DNA of 64,000 nt from Octopus sinensis (Eukaryota), in the NCBI RefSeq assembly GCF_006345805.1, contig NC_043000.1:20398001-20462000 (forward strand), written 5' to 3'. This document shows, piece by piece, positions 53,406 through 64,000 of this stretch (positions within the stretch are counted from its first letter, which is position 1; each line of letters opens with the position of its first letter). The notes under the pieces are model-generated. The model did not search any database, was not told the origin of the DNA, and worked only from the letters and a program-made list of their open reading frames with translations. The translations under genes were made by a program, and so were the position numbers.

Positions 53406-53807
53406 ATCCACACAATATTTTCTCAGAAAGAAAAAAAAGCGACTTCAATTCATACAAGCTTCAAGGAAAAGAAAATTTATCTTCAAGAAATATATGTGCA
53501 GTATATATGTACTGTCTTAGTCTCAAACGTTATATAAAGAAAACGAATGTACGAAACAGAAATTAAGAAGAATGGATGCAGGACAAAGCAATCAGATAAG
53601 ACAGGAGATATTTTATTTATAACTAGACTAAATTAATATGTAAATGTTACATCTTACATCAGAAAATCACTAGAGCAAATGGTTTGAAAATAAGAAAGAT
53701 TGCAAAAAATTGTCAGGCTATCATGGATAGATACGAAAATCAATTAAACCACCAGTACTTGTGTATTGTAAACCAGTAATTAACCAAGGAAATGCTGAGG
53801 TACGTAA

Positions 53808-54388
53808 GGCGGCGAGCTGGCAGAAACGTTAGCACGCCGGGCGAAATGCGTAGTCGTATTTCGTCTGCCGTTACGTTCTGAGTTCAAATTCCACCGAGGT
53901 CGACTTTGCCTTTCATCCTTTCGGGGTCGATAAATTAAGTACCAGTTACTTAATCCGTCTGTCTGTCCTTGTTTGTCTTCTCTGTGTTTAGCCCTTTGTG
54001 GATAGTAAAGAAATAGGTATTTCATCTGTCTTTACATTCTGAGTTCAAATTCCGCCGAGGTCGACTTTACCTTTCATCCTTTCGGGGTCGATAAATAAAG
54101 TACCAGTTACGCACTGGGGTAGATGTAATCGACTTAATCTCTTTGTCCCCTCTATGTTTAGCCCCTTGTGGGCAATAAAGAAATTAGAAACGTTAGCACC
54201 CTGGGCGAAAGGCTTAGCGGTATTTCGTCTGTCTTTATGTTCTGAGTTCAAATTCCGACGAGGTCGACTTTGCCTTTCATTCTTTCGGAGGTCGATAAAT
54301 TAAGAACCAGTGGCGTACTGGGCTCGATCTAATCGACTGACCCCACGCCTCCAAAATTTCAGGCTTTGTGCCTAGAGTAGGAAAGAAT
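53808..54388 (+). mobile_element. Family A SINE trimer (tail1, tail1, tail2) with 17-bp TSD
   Basis: Junctions 54015 (GAAATA|GGTATTTC) and 54185 (GAAATT|AGAAACG); TSD AATG(C/T)TGAGGTACGTAA. Confidence 0.88.
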
Positions 54389-54802
54389 GTTGAGGTACGT
54401 AACGTTAGTAAACACAGTGGATAAGAAATGAATTAAGTAACTAGTCAATGACTATGAAACAGTAAGTAAAAGCATTTTTAAAAATAATTATAGTGGGCTC
54501 TCCCCTCGTAAGCGACAGATGAAGGTTTCGCAACCCCTGGTTACACAAGCTGCACAAATGAATTGTTTTTAGGGCTCAAATGTTTGTATTGTACGTAAGC
54601 TTACCCCGTCTATCAAATCGATATTTCCTGCACAGGTGCACGGTGTGCCGCATGGCAGATGTCAAGGTGGTTACAGAGCAGCGTGAAATAAAGGTTTTGC
54701 TCAAAAACACAGTGCACCACCCAATTCAGGAATCGAAACCACGATCTGGCGATTGAGAGTGCGATGCCCTAACCACTAGAATTTTCTGTTTGTGCTAGGA
54801 AT

Positions 54803-54870
54803 ACAGTAATCCCTCGACTATCGCGGGTGTTACGTTCCAAAACCCTCCGCGATGGGTGAAAATCCACCAA
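54803..54870 (+). mobile_element. Tigger/pogo-like TIR fragment
   Basis: TA|CAGTAATCCCTCGACTATCGCGGG. Confidence 0.55.
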
Positions 54871-54879
54871 ACAGTACTG

Positions 54880-55109
54880 TACTTTACTCTTTTACTTGTT
54901 TCAGTCATTTGACTGCGGCCATGCTGGAGCACCGCCTTTAGTCGAGCAAATCGACCCCAGGACTTATTCTTTGTAAGCCTAGTACTTATTCTATCGGTGT
55001 CTTTTGCCGAACCGCCGCTAAGTTAAGGGGGACGTAAACACACCAGCATCGGTTGTCAAGCGATGTTGGGGGAACAAACACAGACAGGCAAACATATACA
55101 CACACACAC

Positions 55110-55189
<80 letters not shown>

Positions 55190-55350
55190 GATGGGCTTCT
55201 TTCAGTTTCCGTCTACCAAATCCACTCACAAAGCTTTGGTCGGCCGAGGCTATAGCTGAGGACACTTGCCCAAGGTGCCACGCAGTGGGACTGAACCCGG
55301 AACCATGTGGTTGGTAAGCAAGCTACTTACCACACAGCCACTTCTACGCC
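54880..55350 (-). mobile_element. Full-length family B SINE
   Basis: Reverse complement of the B modules. Confidence 0.9.
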
Positions 55351-55643
55351 TGTATATGTTTTCATATTATTATCATAATTTGTATATATTTACTTTATTA
55401 TAAATGCAAAACAATAACGCAGAGGAATCGACGTAAGCTTAAATAATGAACCGTAACATGGCGAGGAATTACTGTACTCCTCGTTCTTTTTTAGATTCGG
55501 TCCAAGTTTATATGAGTAGGGAGGAGGTTTTCCAACTATACCAATAGTATTGTAACTTTAAGTAAGCACATCTTACTTCAAAGTGAGAAATAGCATTTTC
55601 AAACTGGGTACATACCACTTCGAAGTGAGAACAGTAATCTTAA

Positions 55644-55763
55644 CCCTTTGAGCCCTGACCTCCTGAACCTTTTTTTTTACCATATATCTGGCAATCCAGC
55701 GGTGCTACGGTATAGAGAAACATAAGCCATCCACCGGTAAACAGGTGTTTCGGGCTCAGTGGG
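55644..55763. mobile_element. 120-bp piggyBac-type MITE
   Basis: TTAA|CCCTTTGAGCCC ... GGGCTCAGTGGG|TTAA. Confidence 0.75.
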
Positions 55764-55779
55764 TTAAACTTAAACAAAA

Positions 55780-55980
55780 CTGGTCACGATCAGATTTTAT
55801 GTCCATCTGCATACGGCGCAGTTTGAAAGCTTTACACCAGTTAGCTGAACGTTTTCACGACCCTGTTGGATTACAGTTTCTGGACAATATATTCTAAATA
55901 ATTCTCGTTTGAAATATCTGCCGGTGCATTTGTATGTGCGTAATCCCATGGAATATGGATGACCAAGTTATTTGATGATG
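55780..55980 (-). pseudogene. Possible decayed RTE RT fragment
   Basis: GVKLSN-LRYADD-like motif with indels. Confidence 0.35.
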
Positions 55981-57078
55981 AGAGTCACATAACATATTTT
56001 ATGTTCGAGAGGCGCAACGTATGGTTTTAAAATTATATTTATGAAAGATACAGTTACATGGCACTATTCACTAAAGTAGACTGGTTAATCTCTGCTTCTA
56101 GAAGTCTTTTACACTGTCTTTATTTTTACAGTTAACACTTTAACTGTAAAACGTATAGGTGTTTTCGGTAAAGCAACACACGGTGGCTTTCAGAACCATA
56201 GTTTGACCACTATTGCCATAGTGGAAAGCTGCCTGTATATGAAATACGCAGTAAATGACCCCCACCCAGCATTAAGAAATCAAGCTAAAGTCCCTTTCTT
56301 CTCTATATGCTACGTATGGACGCATTCACATTTTGTAGAAGACAGACGGAAAGGAGTTATTTTAATTTTATTTCAGTCTTTGAACTGATGCCATGCTGGC
56401 ACTATAAAAAATGTCAAGGTTTTTTTTTTTTTTTAGTGGAACGAATTGCCACTAGTACTTATTCTATTGGTACCTTTTTCCCAAATTCTAAGCTATAGGA
56501 ACATAAATAAATCTACAACAGTTGTCAAGCGGTGGTGGAGAACGAACACAATTAAAGACACACACATGTATATAAATATCAAGCTTCCGCACAGTTCACG
56601 CCAACCAGATCCCCTCACAAGGCCTTGGTAGGTACACGGCTATGAGAGAATACACTTGCTCAAGGTCCAACGCAGTGAGACAGAACCCGGAACTATGTGG
56701 TAGAGGGGGAGGAAGCATCTCACAGCACAGACACACAACCGCCCATAAAATAGATGTTCCCATGAGGTGAATCGAGCCTTAGTGACAGAAGAGAAAATTC
56801 CATATTGCTATTTCTTTTATTTTGTTCGCTAGAAAAGTGGAATTTACGTATTTAGTCATTCGTTATGGACTAGTAAACAATACTGCACGTGTTAGAAAAG
56901 TCTCACGCAAAGACGATATTCTCAGGTTAATTATCATTGGCTGACATACCGGATTTAGATCCGGTAAGCACGCAAGTTAATTATTTTGAGACGAATCAAA
57001 GTTGGTTGACGAGAACTGTGCAGAAGCTTGTTACATACAAATGTGTGTCTCTAATCAAATCAATTTATTTTTTATATA

Positions 57079-57382
<304 letters not shown>

Positions 57383-57959
57383 CATATATATACATGTATA
57401 TATGTATATATATATATAATATATATATATATTTATATATATACATATATATACATGTATATATGTATATATATACATATACATGTATATATAATATATA
57501 TATATGTATAAATAATATATATATTCATATATGTATACATATATATATATATAATATATACATATATATACATATATATACATATATATATGTATATGTA
57601 AAAAAAATACAAACTGGGACAAGAACGCAAAACATTTAGAAGACGATACAAAAATATTGTCGTTGCCGTGTTACAGTGGTGTGTTTCTTTATGTATCGTG
57701 CAATGTTGAATAAGTAACTGTGCAAACAGCTATGTGGTGAGAGTGAACTCTACCGATACATGGATCACTAAAAACTTTTCGCGCTCAAATGAGCTGTATT
57801 TGTTGGCTCTCTTCACCGAAAGTCATGTCGCCAGACTATCGCGTGAACAAAAGCCATTTATTGAAGTGAAACGGGGTTCATGCACATGATCAACTTGTGA
57901 TTACAATGTGGAAAAACGTGGGCTCAAAACCAACTGTTATAAATCAAAAGGTATATGTT

Positions 57960-58350
57960 TAAATATTGATTTTAAATTTTGGCGCAAGGCCTGCAATTTC
58001 GGTGAAGGTTCTAAGTTAATTAGATCGACTCCAGTGTTCAACTGGTGACCCCGAAAGGATAAAATGCTAAGTCGACCTCGGCAGGATTTGAATTCAGAAC
58101 GTAATGACGAGCGAAATACTTATTTCTTTACTACCCACAGGGGGTTAAACACAGAGGGGGACAAACAAGGACAGACAAACGGATTAAGTCGATTATATCG
58201 ACCCAGTGCGTAACTGGTACTTATTTAATCGACCCCGAAAGGATGAAAGGCAAAGTCGACCTCGGCGGAATTTGAACTCAGAACGTAGCGGCAGACGAAA
58301 TGCCGCTAAGCATTTTGTCCGGCGAGCTAACGATTCTGCCAGCTCGCTGC
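57960..58350 (-). mobile_element. Family A SINE dimer (tail1, tail2)
   Basis: Junction GAAATA|AGTATTTCG at 58120. Confidence 0.8.
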
Positions 58351-58680
58351 TGATGTGAATAAAAGAAGTAAAAATGATCAATTAGAAAGCGAATTCAAAT
58401 AACAAACACAAATTCCTGCGAGGGAAGCTTACCACTAGCTGGTAGTCCTCACACCCAAAACCCCTTTAATGCAACCGCCGAATGATCCCCAGACCAGCTA
58501 AAAACAGCAAGCAATTCTCCCTCGAGAGAGATAAAATATCACGGGATAAAATAACATATGATAAAATAACACGGAATATACTATGCCTAGCAGAAAAAAA
58601 GCGGATCGGTCACAGCTACTGTGGTTTTAATACTAGCTCTATTTGATAAAGTCCGACCTGAAGTTTAACAACAAGTAATG

Positions 58681-59066
58681 TGGAAGCAATCCGTCGGTTA
58701 CGACGATGAGGGTTCCGGTTGATCCGAATCAACGGAACAGCCTGCTCGTGAAATTAACGTGTAAGTGGCTGAGCACTCCACAGACACGTGCACCCATAAC
58801 GTAGTTCTCGGGGATATTCAGCGTGACACAGAGAGTGACAAGGCCGGCCCCTTGAAATACAGGTACAACAGAAACAGGAAGTAAGAGTGAGAGAAAGTTG
58901 TGGTGAAAGAGTACAGCAGGGATCACCACCATCCCCTGCCGGAGCCTCGTGGAGCTTTTAGGTATTTTCGCTCAATAAAGACTCACAACGCCCGGTCTGT
59001 GAATCGAAACCGCAATCCTATGACCGCGAGTCCACTGCCCTAACCACTGGGCCATTGCGCCTCCTT
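58681..59066 (-). mobile_element. Family C SINE (same as 26633) with 12-bp TSD
   Basis: Near-identical reverse complement of 26633; TSD ACAACAAGTAAT. Confidence 0.9.
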
Positions 59067-59294
59067 CACAACAAGTAATATAAAGAACAGAAATGGTAAA
59101 TAAGTTGAATATGAAAAATTACTAAAGTTTTCGAATTCTCTCTTTTCCATTTGGTGTATCTGTTGCTACTTTGTAACCAACAAGTCCATTTGTAACGTTA
59201 GACATAGAGTGACTCATGGTTAGTCCACATTACTCTTTGGGGAGCATAGGGCCGGTTTCCCGGTTTCTCTGGCGTATATATTCTTCCCTGGACG

Positions 59295-59330
<36 letters not shown>

Positions 59331-59599
59331 ATATATATATATATATAATATATATATTATATATATATATATATATTTAATCAATATAGGGTGGCGAAAA
59401 ATTTTGTAGAATTTTTTTGCCACCAGCGGCCTAGTGGGAAAAAATTAAATAGTCATAGACCATTTTTAAGTTCAACATCAACAATCAAGGAACGGCCATA
59501 ATAGGCCATTCACCCACTAGAAATAACAGCTAAAGCTTCAACCGCAAATAAAAATCAATTCCGTAAACAGGAGAAAATTTAAAAAACATTTACCCTGTA

Positions 59600-59706
59600 A
59601 TTTCTTATACGATGCACCGTTTCATCTGCTGTTTAATGGTAAACTAACCTGATTTAATTAAATCAAGCCAATCTTCCATAGGCCCTCAGATTCTTCAGTA
59701 AGAAAT
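59600..59706 (-). ncRNA. Type I hammerhead ribozyme, intact core
   Basis: Reverse complement of 59899-60005. Confidence 0.85.
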
Positions 59707-59898
59707 AGCCAAAATTTTTCGCCACCCTATATTGATTAATTATGAATTTTCTGGTTAATTCCGTAATGGAATCGACGGCTTATATTTATTTGCTGCCGAT
59801 AAATTTGGCGCGAGTGCGATGATTTGAAAATTTTAGGTCAGATATTGCCTTGGCAGGGCGGGGAAATGCCTCGTGAAAATATCTGTTCCGACTTGGCT

Positions 59899-60005
59899 AT
59901 TTCTTACTGAAGAATCTGAGGGCCTATGGAAGATTGGCTTGATTTAATTAAATCAGGTTAGTTTACCATTAAACAGCAGATGAAACGGTGCATCGTATAA
60001 GAAAT
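59899..60005 (+). ncRNA. Type I hammerhead ribozyme, intact core
   Basis: Stem I ATTTCTTA/TAAGAAAT (8 bp), CTGAAGA, stem II ATCTG/CAGAT with extended hairpin, GAAA, stem III ACG/CGT, GTA cleavage triplet (cut after 59997). Confidence 0.85.
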
Positions 60006-60269
60006 TACAGGGTAAATGTTTTTTTAAATTTTCCTGTTTACGGAATTGATTTTATTTGCGGTTGAAGCTTTAGCTGTTATTTCTAGTGGGTGAATGGCCT
60101 ATTATGGCCGTTCCTTGATTGTTGATAATATATATATATATAATATATATAATATATATATATATATATATAATATTATATATATATATATTTATATATT
60201 AAGGAAGTTATTTCCGAATCCACAGGGGAAGACGCTCAATTTAGTGGTACTAAAATGAATTACTCACTG

Positions 60270-60321
<52 letters not shown>

Positions 60322-60323
<2 letters not shown>

Positions 60324-60745
60324 TCTTTACTCTCTCTTACTCTTTTACTCTTTTACTTGTTTCAGTCATTTGACTACGGCCATAATGGAGCACCGCCTTT
60401 AGTCGAGCAAATCGACCCCGGGACTTATTCTTTGTAAGCCTTGTACTTATTCTATCGGTGTCTTTTGCCGAACCGCTAAGTGACGGGGACGTAAACGCAC
60501 CAGCATCGGTTGTCAAGCAATGCTAGGAGGACAAACACAGACACACAAACACATACACACACATACATATATATATACATATATACGACAGGCTTCTTTC
60601 AGTTTCCGTCTACCAAATCCACTCACAAGGCATTGGTCGGCCCGGAGCTATAGCAGAAGACACTTGTCCAAGATGCCACGCAGTGGGACTGAACTTGGAA
60701 TCATGTGGTTGGTTAGCAAGCTACTTACCCACACAGCCACTCCTG
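60322..60745 (-). mobile_element. Full-length family B SINE
   Basis: Reverse complement of the B modules. Confidence 0.9.
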
Positions 60746-60883
60746 AGGTGTAAGAGACAGAATCACCCTCAAGCGACTCAGTAATCATTGAACGACATTA
60801 TCCACGATCGGCACATATAGGACTTAAAATTATCAAAATTAATACCTTCAATTCTTATTCTAAATCATATACTTTACATTATA

Positions 60884-60990
60884 TAGACTACGCGCGTTTC
60901 ATAACACCAAATTCCTCGATATTGCTGAAATAGAAGGTCTCGAAATACAATAGCATATTAAAACGATTATATTGCCAATCTTCAGGTCTA
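60884..60990 (-). ncRNA. Type I hammerhead motif, weak stem II
   Basis: TAGAC-CTGAAGA-TTGGCA...TGTTAT-GAAAC-GCGC-GTA-GTCTA. Confidence 0.6.
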
Positions 60991-61492
60991 GATTATATAA
61001 TCTTATTTTGCTATTTACATCCTATATAAAGACATGACAAACTGAAATTATATAACTAGAAATTGTCTGTTCATTATTTACTAAAGTAAAATTATTCCGC
61101 TGCCCTAATCACTGCGCCATTGCGCCTCCACGGCCATTCATATATATATATATATAATACAAAAATAGGACAAGAACGCAAAACATCCAGACAGGTGATA
61201 CAAGAAAGGGACAACAAATCATCCAGAAGAACGTGTCATTCGGAGTTTCCTTTCCTCAATCGAGTTCCAGATTGTCTTTGCAAATTCGGTTGGTTATGCT
61301 CGAAATTGCTCCAATCTGGACAGCCCCAAGGAAAACGAAAGCTAAGAGCATTAGATTCCTTGGAAGAAAGCAGCGAATGTATACGAAAACAAGGACGGAA
61401 AAAAAACGGCGAAATGTTACACAAATACAAATACAAATAACAGGACATAACAACAGGTATCTTTCGACTAAGGACGAAATATATATATTTAC

Positions 61493-61535
<43 letters not shown>

Positions 61536-61537
61536 AA

Positions 61538-61585
<48 letters not shown>

Positions 61586-61626
61586 ATATAAATTAATCAA
61601 AATAAAAACATGATGCCAAGGATTCA

Positions 61627-61704
61627 GCGGTACATATGTTTCGGGCCTTTATTAGACGGATTTATAACAATGCATAATGTGTGTCTATGGCCTTCTTCAG
61701 TCGC
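61627..61704 (-). ncRNA. Type I hammerhead motif, one stem I mismatch
   Basis: GCGA-CTGAAGA-AGGCC...GGCCC-GAAAC-ATAT-GTA-CCGC. Confidence 0.6.
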
Positions 61705-62329
61705 GCACAATTACTACCTCAAGGACATGTATTACATCAAAAATTCTACGTTGGGGATGCAAATCCTCTCATTCGCGTACGACATAATGCGGCAACAGCA
61801 TAAAAATGAAGCGTCCATCTCGTCCTTCTCTCAATGTAGAATGAGGAAGTTTGGATGTTGAGGTAATATAAATAAATGAATAAATAACTATATACATATA
61901 TAAATACAGAGAGACGTGAAGGAACCTAGAAATAAGAGTAAATGGGGATAAAGATGGAGGGGCGAGAATTCAGGACGAAGGATAAAAAAATATTAAAATG
62001 TGAAAAATAAGAATATAAGTATAGAAAAATATAAAAATATAGAGTATAAAGATATAAAGAGATATAAAAAGATATAAAAAAATATAGATGAATATAAAGA
62101 TATAAAGTTATAAAAAATATTTAAAAATTATCAGAAATATAAAGGATATAAGAATATAGAAATGTAAAAGAATATAAGGATAAGGGATATAAAGTTGTTA
62201 CGGGCCAACATGGTGGTCAGGAAAATGACAAATTCTGGTTGTAGAAGCCGTGGGTGTCATAAATCAACCGGGGCGTCTGGGGACCTAGTGTATTGCAAAT
62301 TAGAGTCGTTTGGTTAAACCGCTTATCTA

Positions 62330-62865
62330 CGCACACGCATGGATACATACACCCATATACACGCGTACATATACGCACGCATACGCAACTACACGCATAC
62401 ATACGTACTCTCGTGTAAACATATACAGATATATATGGAAAAAGGCGCATGTAGTTGGGTACACGAACCGACGCGCATACGTACGTATATACATACACGC
62501 ACATGCGTTCATATAGGCACACTCGCACTTACACGCATGTACAAGACGAAGTGAATCTCTATGCGTGTGGGCAGAAATATGTATACACCTGTACTCACGC
62601 CCACACCCACGCACATGGGGGAGTAGATCCCTATGCCTATACACAAAAGTATGTATATGCACAGACACAGGTATAACAAAAAGATCCATTCTCGCACACG
62701 GGCAAGATACGGAATTATAGTGGGTACAGAAGGTAGACATGAACGTAAGAGACTTGCGGGGCAAAAAATTATGACAGAATATACATATATATACACGGAC
62801 AATATACATATACATATATATACACACACACACATATACGCATATATATATACATATATATGTAT

Positions 62866-62942
<77 letters not shown>

Positions 62943-63566
62943 CACGTATATACATACACACACATACACACACATACCCGCACACGCACATATATATGTG
63001 CAAACATACACACACACGTGTACATACATACACGCATATATACATACACTCGGACCCACGCACACGTATCCACACGCGCACACACACATCTGTGTGTCTA
63101 TATGCGCGTGTACACATACACTTACATACACAGACACACACACATATAGGTATAGATATAAGATATTAAAAGATGTATAAAAAAAATATATTAAAAAAAT
63201 ATACAAAAATTATTAAAAATGTATAACAAGGGGGTACACATATAAACACAGATACTTACTCATACATACGCATACACATATATATACATATACATACATA
63301 CACAGACACACGTATAAGCATAAAGCGGATACATAGATAAGTAAATAAGGAAAAAAGAGCTAAAAATAGACATATATAGAGATATAAAGTGGGGCATATA
63401 GACACACAGATGTGTGTGTGCGCGTGTAGATACGTGTGCGTGGGTCCGTGTGTATGTATATATGCGTGCATGTATGTACACGTGTGTGTGTATGTTTGCA
63501 CATATATATGTGCGTGTGCGGGTATGTGTGTGTGTATGTGTGTGTGTGTATATACGTGTATATGTG

Positions 63567-63606
<40 letters not shown>

Positions 63607-63620
63607 TATATATATATAAT
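62330..63620. repeat. Alternating purine-pyrimidine low-complexity region containing a ~170-bp inverted repeat
   Basis: 62935-63105 is an inverted copy of 63394-63565; TA tracts outside both arms. Confidence 0.8.
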
Positions 63621-64000
63621 ATATATATATAATTTCAACAATTGAGGGTAAAATTAATTAATTATTAATCAATTTCACCAAGTATTCAGTATGCAAAGGG
63701 ACCATTTAAGGCGAATTCAAATTATTACATTATATAAAAGGGCTTAGTAAAATAAATTACTTTGCCACATACTGAACTCATTAGAAATAGTAGCCAAAAA
63801 AACTTTTTTAAAACTATTTCTAATACTTAAAGAGAATCTCTCTCATATAGTGTTTGCTCAATTCAACTCACGAATATATATGTGTGTGTGTGTATATACA
63901 TATATATGTGTATATATATGCGTATATATGTGTGTGTGTGTATATATATGTATGTATATTGTCCGTGTATATATATGTATATTCTGTCATAATTTTTTGC

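Larger units (their letters stand above)
59377..60126. mobile_element. Non-coding element with interleaved inverted repeats (A..B A'..B') carrying two hammerheads
   Basis: A 59377-59405 / A' 59711-59739 (29 bp, perfect); B 59477-59712 / B' 59893-60126; TA tracts on both sides. Confidence 0.85.

Noticed and set aside
57720-57930. Third mariner transposase fragment
   Set aside because: Only faint motif similarity (YNVEKR); too decayed to support

Overview
Eukaryotic, very repeat-rich, AT-rich animal DNA. The repeat content (tRNA-headed CORE/Deu/Meta-type SINEs, dense TA/TACA/GATA microsatellites, RTE, Penelope-like, mariner and Helitron remnants) suggests an octopus or other coleoid intron or intergenic region; this is an inference. 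No intact protein-coding gene was found, and most listed ORFs are microsatellite translations or decayed transposon fragments. Main observations: (1) two structurally complete type I hammerhead ribozymes in a 234-bp inverted repeat at 59.5-60.1 kb, plus several degenerate hammerheads tied to Penelope-like sequence; (2) a decayed Penelope-like element with GIY-YIG upstream of RT (Naiad/Chlamys-type permuted order) at 46.3-50.5 kb; (3) an ORF1-only (HAL1-like) non-LTR element whose 3' end is shared with an abundant SINE that forms concatemers with recurrent junctions; (4) SINEs built from shuffled head, body and tail modules; (5) a GGATC-terminated, 8-bp-TSD foldback family carrying TTAGGG-like tracts; (6) several local rearrangements (895-bp tandem duplication, 93-bp minisatellite, templated insertions, TA-centred foldbacks). 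Coordinates were read by eye and may be off by a few bases; family names come from remembered motifs, not database searches.
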